Assembly: GCA_963786935.1 (NCBI GenBank)
Contig: CAWBAN010000001.1
Coordinates: 1-64,000 of the forward strand
Direction: 5' to 3'
DNA from: an uncultured bacterium
GTDB taxonomy: Bacteria; Krumholzibacteriota; Krumholzibacteriia; Krumholzibacteriales; Krumholzibacteriaceae
Length of the DNA: 64,000 bases
The number at the start of each line of letters is the position of its first letter. Position 1 is the first letter of the stretch. The notes below the pieces were generated by a model. It saw only the letters and a list, made by a program, of their open reading frames with translations. It was not told the DNA's origin and ran no database searches. Shown here in pieces: positions 47,993-59,160 of the stretch. A program made the translations under genes and the position numbers.

Positions 47993-48689
47993 GTGAGCGC
48001 ACGGCGTCGGCAGTCACGACTTGACGCGGCGCTGAGAAGAGCGGGGAATCGATCCCTGAGATCCTGCGGCTCACGCCTCCTCCGACATGCAGAGCGCAAG
48101 CCCCCGTGGCAGCGGCGACGCGCGCGGCGTTGGCCGGAGTCAGGCCGGCGCCGGCCATGATAGCGATGCGTCCGGCGGAACGCCGAACGAGGTCGGCGAT
48201 GAGCTCCCGGCCCTGCTCGGCGGACGGCGCCTGACCGGACGTCAGCAGGGTGTCCGCGCCGGCTTCAATAATATCTTCCAGCGCAACGAGCGGATCGCGC
48301 GCGACATCGAATGCCCGGTTGAACGTCACATGCAGGGGGCGGGCGCGCGCGATCAGGGCGCACAGCCGTTCACGATCCACGTCTCCTTCGCCCGTGAGGA
48401 CGCCGACGACAACGCCGTTCGCGCCAGCTCGTTTCGCGGCGTCGATATCGCGCTCGATGACACGGATTTCGCCCGTGGAGTACACGAAATCCCCGGCGTG
48501 GGGGCGGATGAGAATATGGAGCGGCAGCGAGCAGGCCGCGCGGACCTCTTCGATCGTACCGAGGCTCGGCGTCGTCCCGCCGCGGGGCAGATCGGCGCAG
48601 AGCTCGATGCGGTCCGCGCCTCCTTCCTGCGCGGCGATCGCTGACTCGACGGAGTCGAGGCACACTTCGATAAGGACGCGGTTCTTCAT
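47967..48689 (-). CDS. cutC: CutC-family protein
   Basis: EVC.DS, GADRIELC, GGTTPS, IRP..GDF.Y, LLTSGQ. Confidence 0.9.
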   Translation of the reverse strand: MKNRVLIEVCLDSVESAIAAQEGGADRIELCADLPRGGTTPSLGTIEEVRAACSLPLHILIRPHAGDFVYSTGEIRVIERDIDAAKRAGANGVVVGVLTGEGDVDRERLCALIARARPLHVTFNRAFDVARDPLVALEDIIEAGADTLLTSGQAPSAEQGRELIADLVRRSAGRIAIMAGAGLTPANAARVAAATGACALHVGGGVSRRISGIDSPLFSAPRQVVTADAVRSLIFALKGA

Positions 48690-51442
48690 TTTGTCGCGAT
48701 CTTTATCTCTCGAAGATATTGTGTCCGGCGCGTTTCTCCGGCGGGCCATGCCTGGGGCGGCAACACTCTCGTTCCGGACGGCTTCGCGAGCTCAAAGGAG
48801 ATCTCATGCATAGGGTGTCGCGGATTTGCGACGAGCCAGACCTGCGCCGTGCCGGTCCATGCGCCGTCCGCGGTGCTCGGAGTCACGCGCAGAATCGCGT
48901 CGACAAGGCCTATCGGAAGCGGCACCGTCCACCACTGCGACCGGCCTTCCTGCGGCTCGGCATTCGCCGTAGCGGGAGCCCCGTTCATCTCCACCGACAG
49001 CATGGGCTTCTCCTTGGCGCCGCAGCCCGCCGCGGGGGAGAGAAGGATTGCAAGCGTCGCGCTCGCCAGTTTTGGCTGGAGCACAAGTGTCGCTATTGCA
49101 GTGGCTTCGTTCCCTTGCACCAGCGAGATGCCGCCAAGAATCACAGAACCCGGCAACGAATCCGGCACACATGTGAGTGATTCGACCAACACAGGGGTTC
49201 CGTCGTGCTTCATCGAGCGTACCGCGCCCGGATTCAGAAGAATCGCATTTGGCGCCCCGTCGTGGTACCGGATCGTGCGCTCGTGCCCATTTTCGGCAAC
49301 GACGTCGAATATGATGCCGGCGACGAGCGGCTCCGTGGCCTCCGCAATTGGATAGAGCTCGTAGACGGCAGTTTCGAAGCCGTCGAGCGCGAGATCGATT
49401 TTATCTCCGGCCTTATAGAGGCGAGGCGAAATCCATCGCGTCGGATAGACGCGCTCGAGCACAAGGTCGGCCGCGCCGGCGGCGAGGCCGTGCGCGGCGG
49501 CGAGCTCCACGGCAAGGGCGGCCGGCTGGATCACGGGGTTTCGCGCGGCGACGATGCCCCGCGATCCCTTGAAATGAACCCACGCGTAGGGCTCCCCTTT
49601 CATGGGGTCGCCGCCGACCATCTCGGTGTTCATGAGAATCGGGAAGCGGTCGTGCGCCCACGCCATCGACTTCGATATCGCGGCCCATTCTCCATCGCTG
49701 AGAATATCGGGGGAGATGTAGAGCTCGTACATCGCAACGCCGCGGGCGAAGTAGAGGAGCACGTCGTCCGTGAACTTGTCGAGCGGCTCGGTCTCGACGC
49801 CGACCGAGAAGTCCTTTCCCTTGATGATGCCGTGCGTCATTAGGTTCGCGATGGGGAACCACCGATTCTGGTTGCGGAAATCGTCATAGAGGACGAAATC
49901 GCGATAGGTGATGGAGCCGTCGCGCTTGCTGATCGACGGCACGTCGGCGAAGCCGTAGTCCATTCCCTGCATCCAGATCGTGTTCGCATAGCGCACCCAC
50001 CACGGGCTGAGCCACGTGCCCGAGGAGATGTTGAGAAAGATGTCCGGCCGCTTTTCGCGCACGGCGCGGCACATCCCGGCGACCGATTCCATCACGGCGC
50101 GCCGGGAGTAGATATCGGTCGCGTGGCCGTGATCGGGTTCGCTGCACGAGAATTGGATTCCGTCCCACTTGAAATATCCCACGCCGTCGCGCGCGACGAG
50201 ATCGGTCACGCGGCGGCGAAGGAGCGCTCCGTACTTGGCGCCCCCCACGCAGAGCATGTCGCCGACCGTCTCGTAGCCGTGCTCCTTCATCCACGAGAGG
50301 CGCCGGTTATGGAAGGAATAGCCGCCGGTGGGGCCGAACCAGACGCCGAGATGCATACCGGTCTTTTCGAGCTCGTTCGCGAGCGGCTTGAATCCGTTCG
50401 GCCACTGCTCCTTCCGGATCTCCCAGTCGCTGTCGTAGACGTCCCAGCCGTCGTCGAGGACGAAGGCGTCGAACTTGATTCCGTGCGTTTTCATTTTATC
50501 GCGGAGCACGCCCGCCATGGCGAGGCACGTCTTCTCGCTCATCACGCGATCGGTGGACCAGCGGGGATATTCGGGAGAACGAAGATCGTACCACGTGTTG
50601 TAGAGCGAAAAGGGACGAAGGGGAGCCACGCGCACGCGATCGAGGTACGAGAAGAACCACTTCTTGACGTGCGGGTCGGGGGTGAGCCCCGCGACGACCC
50701 AGTCGCTCACGAGCCACTCCGTGCCGATGAGGAAGCCGTATTCCTGTCCGCAGCGCAGGCCGTGCGATCCGCCGGCCGCCGGCCCGATGTGGTTCTCGGC
50801 CGCCGGGTATTCGACGCCGAAGAAAGCGCCGCCTCGCTCCATGAGCACCGCGACGGGTTGGCCGAATCCGCCCTCTTTTGCGACTGATGTGACGCCCCCG
50901 ATCGCGCCGCGCCTCGGCCAGAACCAGCGCAGGAGATGATGGCCGAATGTCGTATCGCGCACGGCGAGGCTTCGTTTCACGTAGAAGGCGTCGGGCTCGA
51001 GGCGGTACGTGATACGGAGCTCGATCGGATGATTCACGCCGGCGCATGTGAGCACGAGCTCCTTCGCGGGGCCATCGGCGCGGGTCTCGGTTGTGACGAC
51101 GGTGAAATCCTTCTTCGTGAAAAGCACCGGATTGTCGGCGTTATCGATCATTCCCGGCGCGGACCAGTCGGTGAACATGACGTCGATCGCGAAGTCGGCG
51201 TCGAGCGCGAGCGAAGGCGGCGCGGACGCCTCGCGCCAGAGCGGCGTGCCGGGCAGAAGCTCGATACGTTCGGCGCCGAGTGCGTCGTTCTCGATCTGCA
51301 CCGAGCAGCGGATGATGGTGTTGTCGAGATGGCGGGGACTCGCTTTCTGGGCGCTCGCCGGCCGCGGCGGGAGAGAGGCGGCCGTCAGCAGCGTGAGGAT
51401 AATGGTCCCGGCTATCGTCGCGGGCCGGACGTATCGTTTCAT
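48686..51442 (-). CDS. Secreted GH27/GH36-like glycoside hydrolase
   Basis: Signal peptide; YNTW, FVLDDGW, WPNG, GVWFGP, YFKWDG. Confidence 0.75.
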   Translation of the reverse strand: MKRYVRPATIAGTIILTLLTAASLPPRPASAQKASPRHLDNTIIRCSVQIENDALGAERIELLPGTPLWREASAPPSLALDADFAIDVMFTDWSAPGMIDNADNPVLFTKKDFTVVTTETRADGPAKELVLTCAGVNHPIELRITYRLEPDAFYVKRSLAVRDTTFGHHLLRWFWPRRGAIGGVTSVAKEGGFGQPVAVLMERGGAFFGVEYPAAENHIGPAAGGSHGLRCGQEYGFLIGTEWLVSDWVVAGLTPDPHVKKWFFSYLDRVRVAPLRPFSLYNTWYDLRSPEYPRWSTDRVMSEKTCLAMAGVLRDKMKTHGIKFDAFVLDDGWDVYDSDWEIRKEQWPNGFKPLANELEKTGMHLGVWFGPTGGYSFHNRRLSWMKEHGYETVGDMLCVGGAKYGALLRRRVTDLVARDGVGYFKWDGIQFSCSEPDHGHATDIYSRRAVMESVAGMCRAVREKRPDIFLNISSGTWLSPWWVRYANTIWMQGMDYGFADVPSISKRDGSITYRDFVLYDDFRNQNRWFPIANLMTHGIIKGKDFSVGVETEPLDKFTDDVLLYFARGVAMYELYISPDILSDGEWAAISKSMAWAHDRFPILMNTEMVGGDPMKGEPYAWVHFKGSRGIVAARNPVIQPAALAVELAAAHGLAAGAADLVLERVYPTRWISPRLYKAGDKIDLALDGFETAVYELYPIAEATEPLVAGIIFDVVAENGHERTIRYHDGAPNAILLNPGAVRSMKHDGTPVLVESLTCVPDSLPGSVILGGISLVQGNEATAIATLVLQPKLASATLAILLSPAAGCGAKEKPMLSVEMNGAPATANAEPQEGRSQWWTVPLPIGLVDAILRVTPSTADGAWTGTAQVWLVANPRHPMHEISFELAKPSGTRVLPPQAWPAGETRRTQYLREIKIATK

Positions 51443-51539
51443 TATTCCGCTCCTTTCCTGTTCCACTGAAGGGCAGGATATCATATGCTACGGGCTCGAA
51501 TGAAGGCTCAATTGGCGGCGCCGGAATGGCGCCGCCGGC

Positions 51540-52673
51540 ATGGAGGATGAATTGGCCGGTCGTCCGAATACGTTGCGAGTTTCGAGCCCGGGACGCGTGT
51601 GCCTCTTCGGCGAGCATCAGGACTATCTCGGGCTCCCGGTGGTGCCCCTTGCCATATCGCTCCGCGTCGCCGTCGAGGGCACGCGCCGGACGGGCATGAA
51701 TGTGAATCTCGAATTGCCGGACATCGGATCGAAAGAGCAATTCTCGCTCGAGGGACCGCTCCCGTATCAACGGAATCGCGATTACTTCCGAGGCGCCGTG
51801 AATGTCATGCGCCGCGCGGGCTACACGTTCTCGTCGGGATTCGACTGCGTCGCGCACGGGGAGGTTCCGATCAGTGCGGGAACGTCGAGCTCGTCGGCGC
51901 TAGTCGTTTCCTGGGTGAACTTCCTCGCGCGCATGAGCGATCATGGCGGCGAGCCCGCTCCCGAGGAGTGCGCCCGCCTCGCTCATGCGTCCGAGGTGCT
52001 CGAGTTCGACGAGCCGGGCGGTATGATGGATCAGTACACGGCGGCGTTCGGCGGGCTCCTGACGATCGCCTTTCATCCGGCCGTGCGGGTCGAGCGCCTC
52101 GATGCGCCCCTCGGGTCGTTCGTCCTCGGCGATTCGCGCGAGCCGAAGGACACCATGGCCATCCTCGCGCGCGTGAAGAATCGGGTGCTCGCGATCACAC
52201 GGCGCCTCGCCGAGCTGCATTCCGATTTCTCGCTTCAGACGGTTGAGCGTGATGGGCTCGATCGCTTCGGCGATGAATTGACACCCGACGAGCGGGCGCT
52301 CCTCGACGGAACGATTCGCAATCGCGACCTCACGCGGGAGGCTCTCGGTCTCCTGCGCGGCCCCGCGATCGATCATCGCGGGCTCGGCAGGCTGCTCGAC
52401 GAGCATCAGAGGGTGCTTCGGGAGGTGCTCGGCATCTCGACGCCCAAGATCGACCGCATGCTCGAGGCGGCGATGCGCGCGGGCGCATACGGCGGCAAGA
52501 TCAACGGGTCCGGCGGCGGCGGATGCATGTTCGTCTACGCGCCGGAGGACACGGAAAAAGTGGCCCGCGCCGTTGAAGGCGCGGGAGGCAAGGCTTATAT
52601 TGTGCGCGGCGACATCGGCGTCCGCGAGGATCCTCCGCGGCGCCGGCCATCGGTAAACGCAAAATCCTATTAG
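51540..52673 (+). CDS. Galactokinase-like GHMP kinase
   Basis: PGRVCLFGEHQDY, PISAGTSSSSA, GMMDQ, GSGGGG. Confidence 0.9.
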   Translation: MEDELAGRPNTLRVSSPGRVCLFGEHQDYLGLPVVPLAISLRVAVEGTRRTGMNVNLELPDIGSKEQFSLEGPLPYQRNRDYFRGAVNVMRRAGYTFSSGFDCVAHGEVPISAGTSSSSALVVSWVNFLARMSDHGGEPAPEECARLAHASEVLEFDEPGGMMDQYTAAFGGLLTIAFHPAVRVERLDAPLGSFVLGDSREPKDTMAILARVKNRVLAITRRLAELHSDFSLQTVERDGLDRFGDELTPDERALLDGTIRNRDLTREALGLLRGPAIDHRGLGRLLDEHQRVLREVLGISTPKIDRMLEAAMRAGAYGGKINGSGGGGCMFVYAPEDTEKVARAVEGAGGKAYIVRGDIGVREDPPRRRPSVNAKSY

Positions 52674-52691
52674 AAAGGGGAATGTCGCGTC

Positions 52692-53549
52692 ATGCATCCC
52701 AACATCGTCATTCTCGCCGGCGGCGTTTCGTCGCGGATGAAAAAGGCGCTCGCCAACGCCACGAACCTCGATCCGTCGCTCCGTCGCGAGGCGGAGCAGA
52801 AATCGAAATCGATGATCGGCGTGGGGAAGGATTCGCGGCCGTTCCTCGACTATCTCCTCGGCAATATCGCGCGGGCGGATTACCGCGACGTCGTCATCGT
52901 CGTGGGGGAGCGGGACAATTCGATACGGGAATACTACGAGCGGCGTGAGAATGCGGAGCGCTTCTCGAGCCTCGATATCTCATACGCGGCGCAGCCCATA
53001 CCGCCGGGCCGCGAGAAGCCGCTCGGCACGGCGGACGCGCTCCTCCGCGCGTTTCAGGCGGCGCCCCGCTGGAAGGGGCAGCGCGTCACCGTCGTCAACA
53101 GCGACAATCTCTATTCGGTCGCGGCTTTGAAGCTTCTCATGGGTGACGGCCACGACAACGCCCTGATCGACTACGATCGCTCGGCGCTCCGCTTCGAGCA
53201 GGAGCGCGTTTCGGCATTCGCGGTTATCAAGAAAGATGCGGAGGGATTCCTCGTGGAGATCGTCGAGAAGCCCTCGGCCGAGCAGATCGCCCTCGTCGCC
53301 GATGCCGGCGGGCGGATCGGGGTGAGCATGAACGCGTGGAGATTCTCGTTCGATTTGATGCTCCCGTGCCTCGAGACCGTGCCGCTCAATCCCGTGCGCC
53401 AGGAGAAGGAGCTCCCCACCGCGGTCAAGATGATGGTCGATCGGCGCCCGCGCTGCGTCTACACGATTCCGCTCTCGGAGCACGTGCCCGATCTCACGTC
53501 GCCGGCCGATATTGTGCGGGTCATCGAGGAGCTCAACGGCGCGCAGTGA
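52692..53549 (+). CDS. Sugar-phosphate nucleotidyltransferase
   Basis: ILAGG.SSRMK, KPLGTADA, NSDNLY, IVEKP. Confidence 0.88.
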   Translation: MHPNIVILAGGVSSRMKKALANATNLDPSLRREAEQKSKSMIGVGKDSRPFLDYLLGNIARADYRDVVIVVGERDNSIREYYERRENAERFSSLDISYAAQPIPPGREKPLGTADALLRAFQAAPRWKGQRVTVVNSDNLYSVAALKLLMGDGHDNALIDYDRSALRFEQERVSAFAVIKKDAEGFLVEIVEKPSAEQIALVADAGGRIGVSMNAWRFSFDLMLPCLETVPLNPVRQEKELPTAVKMMVDRRPRCVYTIPLSEHVPDLTSPADIVRVIEELNGAQ

Positions 53550-53551
53550 CC

Positions 53552-54106
53552 TCAGATCTTTCCGTGCGCCTTCAGTGTATCGATGAACGCCTGCATGAGC
53601 TGCTCAAGATCATGGGCACGTCTCTTTTCACAAGGATAGGTGGCCTTGATATACGGGCCGGGACCGGCGGCATCGGCATCGAGCTGCGCAATCAGAACAT
53701 GCGAAAAGGTATCCAGGTCGTCGTCACCGTACACATATTCGTAACCGACTCTTAGCGAGTCGTTGTAACCGTCGAGCACGACGTCGGTCGTATCGCCGTC
53801 ACTGCCGATAACGGAGAGAGTGACATCGGGCGTCAGAGTGATCCTGTTGTCAGCGAAGACATTCGTAACGATCACATAGGCCTCATATTCGGTGAGAAAC
53901 GGAAAGGGTCGAGGAACGCCCGCGGTTTGTCCCCCGTCCGGCCACAGGCCCTTATCCCCATCGCACGATTCAAGGATGGCGAGCAGCGCGGCAGTTGCGG
54001 CGCCTCTCCGTACGTGCGTCAGCACGGCCGATTCTCTCCATGGCCGAAATGTCTCCCGTGGATACTTCGGCACTGAATACGATGCGACTTGCCTAATCCG
54101 CAGCAT
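53552..54106 (-). CDS. Putative lipoprotein with extended N-terminal leader, coupled to radical SAM gene
   Basis: MLRIRQVASYSVPKYP leader, RR plus hydrophobic stretch, Cys48; AAGGAGG RBS; 14-nt overlap. Confidence 0.7.
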   Translation of the reverse strand: MLRIRQVASYSVPKYPRETFRPWRESAVLTHVRRGAATAALLAILESCDGDKGLWPDGGQTAGVPRPFPFLTEYEAYVIVTNVFADNRITLTPDVTLSVIGSDGDTTDVVLDGYNDSLRVGYEYVYGDDDLDTFSHVLIAQLDADAAGPGPYIKATYPCEKRRAHDLEQLMQAFIDTLKAHGKI

Positions 54107-55262
54107 CGGCGCCCCTCCTTTTGATCGCGCAATCCTCGATGTAGGACGACAGGGGGAATGCCTTATCGTAGAACTTCCTTTCGAACAGGGCAACGTCCTG
54201 CTTCCATAATTGATTCGCGAGCTTGTCGACGATCGGCATGAGCATACGTTCATGCTCGCAGATAATGGGCGGAACGGTCGCTAGGCTCCCGGTCGCCCGC
54301 CAGTTCACGCACCCGCAGCAGGTCGCGCACCGTCCGGCGAGCGCGCAGCCGGCGCACGATTCCTTATCCCGGTAATTCTCCGCGACGAACCAGGCGCGCC
54401 GGGCCGCATCGAAACCCCTGAATACATCACCGATCGAATTATCGAGAAAGGATGCGTCATCCGCGCCGACAAACTGCACGCAGGGGTAGATCCTGCCGGA
54501 TGCGGCGATCGCGATCTGCGTGTTGGCGAGGTCGCACAGATCGCCTTTCCGGTACGGTTTCTGCGCCCACGTCTTGATGCGCTCGTCGAACGGGCTGTAG
54601 TACAGCTTGCGGCCCTTCGAGAGGGACTCGAAGTAAAAGCGGGAGAGGGTAGTGTACTGTTTCTTCAAGTCTCGCAGATCGGAACTCTGCCAGGGCGCGG
54701 AATAGTCGAGAGTCTGCAGCACGTACCGAAATCCGACGTCGAAGAGATGTTGCGCGCCCTCGGCGACGAAGGGGACCGTCTCCGGCACGATCACAGATAC
54801 CGCGATCGTGTACGGATTGAATTCGAGAATATCGGGTACGCGTTCCGCGACGCGTTCGTAGGAACCCCTCCCGTCCGCAAACCGGCGAACCCGATCGTGT
54901 TGAGCCCGGCTGCCGTCGATGCTGAGGACGAAGAACATCTCGTGATCGCGGCAGAACTCGAGAAGCTTCCTGTCGACGAGGGTGCCATTAGTCGACATCC
55001 GGAACCGCAGGTTCCCCTCGTAGCGTTTCTGAGAATAGGAGACGATCTGTTCGATGAGGGGAAACTCGAGCATCGGCTCGCCGCCGAAGAACGTGACCGC
55101 GCATGTGCCGTTGGAGTTTTCCGCGAGGAAGTCCATCGCCCGCCGTGCCGTATCGAGTGACATGCGCCTGTCGATCTTCTCGCCGGCGTAGCAGTAGGTG
55201 CAGCGCAGATTGCAGTTATGAGTGAGGCAGAGAGCGGCGTAATTGACGTGCGATAGTATCAC
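54093..55262 (-). CDS. Radical SAM/SPASM-domain protein
   Basis: CNLRCTYC, FFGGEP, SIDG, C..GRIYPC, CAGC.....CATCCGC. Confidence 0.92.
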   Translation of the reverse strand: MILSHVNYAALCLTHNCNLRCTYCYAGEKIDRRMSLDTARRAMDFLAENSNGTCAVTFFGGEPMLEFPLIEQIVSYSQKRYEGNLRFRMSTNGTLVDRKLLEFCRDHEMFFVLSIDGSRAQHDRVRRFADGRGSYERVAERVPDILEFNPYTIAVSVIVPETVPFVAEGAQHLFDVGFRYVLQTLDYSAPWQSSDLRDLKKQYTTLSRFYFESLSKGRKLYYSPFDERIKTWAQKPYRKGDLCDLANTQIAIAASGRIYPCVQFVGADDASFLDNSIGDVFRGFDAARRAWFVAENYRDKESCAGCALAGRCATCCGCVNWRATGSLATVPPIICEHERMLMPIVDKLANQLWKQDVALFERKFYDKAFPLSSYIEDCAIKRRGADAAD

Positions 55263-55355
55263 TGAAAGCCTTCCGCTGGAGACACGGAAACTTGTCCCCC
55301 CTTGCGGGGGTGCCTGCTCTGCGTGATCATGCCCAGGGGAAGCCGATACAATTCA

Positions 55356-55384
55356 ATTGTACATAATGGCGATGGAGAATGCAA
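55356..55384 (-). promoter_or_regulatory. sigma-70 promoter upstream of radical SAM gene
   Basis: TTGCAT-17bp-TACAAT, overlapped by TACAATT-C-AATTGTA palindrome. Confidence 0.5.
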
Positions 55385-55435
55385 TTGGAATGCTGTCCAT
55401 CCGGCATTTTATCGCGGCTGCGCTCTCCATGCCGC

Positions 55436-58400
55436 TCACGCAAGGTTCTTGATTTCGGTGAAGACTCGTTTGCGGAAGGGCACCTGCAGATAGGATAGCC
55501 TGAGCTCTTCTTCGTCGATCGTCTCCGTGATTTGCCTGATCGTTTCCACGGCGTCCCGGTAGTATGCGAGCGCCTTGTGCGGCTCTTCCTGACCCTTGTG
55601 ATACAGCGCGAGCTCCCGCTGAATCTGCCATGTAGTCTCGCGGGTACCCATCTTCTTGCTCACCCTGAGGGCTTCCGCGAGGATCTTCCTGGCGTCCTCC
55701 GAGCCTTCGTGCCGCGCAAGCATCCCCTTTCCGAGCAGGAGGAGCGGCTTCAGATACTCGCAGTGGATCGCTTCATAGTCTCCTCTGCCTCGCGAATATG
55801 CGGCGCTGCAAGCTTCGGCTTTCCGCGAGCCATCTGAATCATCGCCAGATTGATCAGGGCATGGACGACGTCGTCCCGATCCGAGGCTTTTCTGAAGAAT
55901 GCCAGCGCCTTCTTGGCGTGGGGAAGCGCCTCATCAGGCTCGAGCCTGTAGAGATGGTGCAGGGCGAATGCGATGGAGTGGTGCCCGAGGCCGATGTGGT
56001 TATCAGTCTTGAGTGCCCGCTCATATAATCGTTGGGCGCTGGCCATGAATTCATGATTCTTACATTCGCCAAATACAAGATACAGCATTGTCGGCTTGTT
56101 TAAGTAACTCACATTTGGCGCCTGTGTGTGCTCTCCCGCGATGATTTCTTCGGCTTTATTCAGCGCAATAATGGATTGCTCGTAATTTGCGATGCACCGG
56201 TACGCTAGCGAGAGGTTGGAAAGAGCGACGCATGCGGCTAGGTAGTTATTGTATCTTATTGCAGATCTGTGAGTCTCTTCGAGTGTATCGATCATTTTGT
56301 AGTAAGAACCCTCTGTATAGTAACAGCCGGCAAGAGAAGTCATGCTGGCAAGCAACCCAAGAAAGTTCTCGGTCTTCCTCTCCAGCTGTGCCTTTTTTGT
56401 GATATAATACCTCGCGACCTTGTAGTCCGCTGTGAAGAAACTCATGCAATAGAAATCATAGTAAATCCTGCTCTTTGCTATGGAGTCGACCTCTTGCAGA
56501 TTCTTGAGCACTCTTTTCTGAATCAACAATGCTTTCTCGTGCTTGCCTATGAGTTGGTAGCTATAGGCCAGGCTCGAAAGTGAAGCAAGATGAAGACTGA
56601 TATCCACCTTCCTGCTAAGGTTTGCTGCCTTCTCATAGTAGAGAGCGCAGTTGCCGATGTCCATATCTGCAATCAAGCAGTAGATGGCAGCTGTTAGTGC
56701 AGCATCTCCATCCTTCTTTGCTGATCGAAGCGCCCTGCGAAGTAATGCTTGTGAGCTCTTAATATCGCCCAGTAGGCCGAAGTGAATCTTGGCGATTTGT
56801 ATATAGTATTGTGCCCTCTGTACCGCGTTTGGAGCTGCAATAGCCAGGGATTCATAGTCCTTAATAGCTTCTTTCGGGAAACCGGTTCTGTGCTCGATTG
56901 GAGCGAGCTTGTGGAGAATAGCCAGGAGCTCTGATTCCTTTCCCTTACTCGAAACAAGAGCTTTTAGATCAAGAAGCAGCTTCAAACAATCAAATAAGAG
57001 GTAGGTGGAGAACATTTTATCAACTGCATCCAGGCTGTATTTGATGGCCAAATTGACTCGTTCGGCGGTTATGTAGAGGCGCGCTATTCGCAGGGAATCG
57101 CTGGACTTTACTGAGACCAAGTAATCAGCCAATCGTTCGGCATACTGCGGCATTATTCTGGCTGGCATATTTGCGATCACGAATCGTTGGTATAGAGGAT
57201 GAGCGAATGATACAGTTCCATCGCTGCGATTGCTGAGGATCGATCTATGTATGAGATCCGCCAGCGCCCGATCAGAACCCTCTAGGATGCCTTTCGTAAT
57301 TGGTTTCAAATCAGATTTGGACATGGGGCCGGCTATCGCGAGCAATCGCAGGAGCGCCGTATGCTCTTCGCTTAGATCCTTTAGGGTTGTCTCGAGAGAC
57401 TGATCTAGATCAGTAGGTATCCGTACCTGTTTGTAGCGCTTTCTGTCCAAAATCCAGTACCCAGCTTCATGCTGAATCAGATTTGCAGAGAGCATGTTCC
57501 TTAGAAAAGCAGAAATAAGCAGGGGAATACCTTGTGTTTCCGCTATAAGATCTTGTCTTTCCTTCTCAATAAGCAGCGTTCGGTCGAAACAGGCTACCAG
57601 CAACTTTTTCAATAGATCGTCATCAAAAGTCTGAATGTCGATTCGTTCTGCAAGGGAAGACCTTGCGATTCTGCCTAGTGCATCTGATGCCGCAATGCTC
57701 TTTATAGGGCCGGTATTCGTTGTTATTAGCAAGTTGATGTGTTGCTGCGAGGTTTCCATCTGCTTAAGGAGCTGGACTATGAAATGAAGAAGATCCTCGC
57801 TGCGGCGATCGGCGTCGGAGACCAATATCAAAAGAGGCCGTGAGTTGGAGATTTCTATGAGGAAATCGATAAGATGTGCGAAGATTACTATGGTTTTGTC
57901 CAGATCAGGATCGATCTTCGCATTATCTCCTTTGGTCTTTTTCCAAACAGACATCATTGAAAGAGGCTGTTTCTTGTCTTCCGCGCCCAGATGTGAACCG
58001 AGAGTATCTGTGAGTTGATCGAGTGAAAAGTGGTCCGAAAATGGAGCCAAGTCTATTGGCAGGAAGCCTTTGAGCTGGGCGCTCTGTGCCGCTTTCCCCA
58101 TAATAGCTTTCTTGCCGATCCCTTGAGGGCCGGAGAGAATTATTACTTGTTTCTTAGATGTAGTGTCTGTCAGGACACTGTTGATTTCTCCCAGTTCCCT
58201 TTTTCTCCCGATAAAGATGCTGCTTATTTTGAGTTCCTGATGGGGCGAAGTATCTCTAGCTATCATCTCGAAGGATTGAGTCGCTTCCTTTGCGTTCTTT
58301 GCGCGATCAGCGGGGTTTGGTTTGCACAGGTCTAGAATGAAAGAAGATAGAGCGGAAGGATTGCCAACGTCTGCATTTGCCAGTGAGTTCCTGAGCTCTG

Positions 58401-59058
58401 TATATACTTCTTCGAAATAGGTCTCGTCGATCACGTCTGATCGAGGGATCTCTCTGGATAGTATTGATTCGATAAGAGAGACTCCTAAGGCATAGAGATC
58501 GGTTGCAGAAGACTTGCGGGTGCCTTGAAGAAGTATCTCTGGAGCAAGGTATCGAACTGTGCCGCTCAGGAGTCTTTTCTCATCGTCCAAACTCATGGCT
58601 AATCCGAAATCAAGAAGCTTTGTGACTGCTCCACCGTTCTCATTTAGTCAATCACGATATTCTCGGGTTTGATGTCCCCATGCAGGATTCGATTTTTATT
58701 AAGATAGCTCAGGGCTTTCAGGGTCTGCCTGATGATTACGGGGATACGAAAAAAGTTCGTCTCTGTCTCGGAAAATTTAGATTCTCGCCTTCGACGACTT
58801 CCATCGTGAAATAGGGAATGTGTGGAGGCAGTGTTCCATAATCGAATACCTTGACAAGATTCGGATGCTGCAGCTTTGAAAGTGTTTCGAATTCTTTGGT
58901 AAGTGTTTCTTGCGCCGCTATATGTCGTCTGGAAGGATCTTGATGGCGAGAATCTGTTCCAGATGCGAGTCGTATGCTTTGTATACTTCGCCGAATCCAC
59001 CTGCGCCGAGCTTCTTCTCGATTCTGTATCGTGAAGGCAGTTTGTCGACGGATTTCAT
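55436..59058 (-). CDS. Ser/Thr kinase + P-loop ATPase + TPR protein, broken by at least four frameshifts
   Basis: [48 protein letters not shown]-like helices; breaks near 58920, 58760, 58645 and 55770. Confidence 0.8.
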
Positions 59059-59094
59059 GCAGTCATTCTACGGGGGGGCCTGCCAAAAGCCAAT

Positions 59095-59120
59095 AAAAAA
59101 CCCTCCCCGGATGGGGAGGG
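59095..59120 (-). terminator. Rho-independent terminator
   Basis: CCCTCCCC-4nt-GGGGAGGG followed by T6 on minus strand. Confidence 0.8.
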
Positions 59121-59160
59121 CTCGAGTAAGTAACGGTGATTACCTCCATTCGTTATGGGA

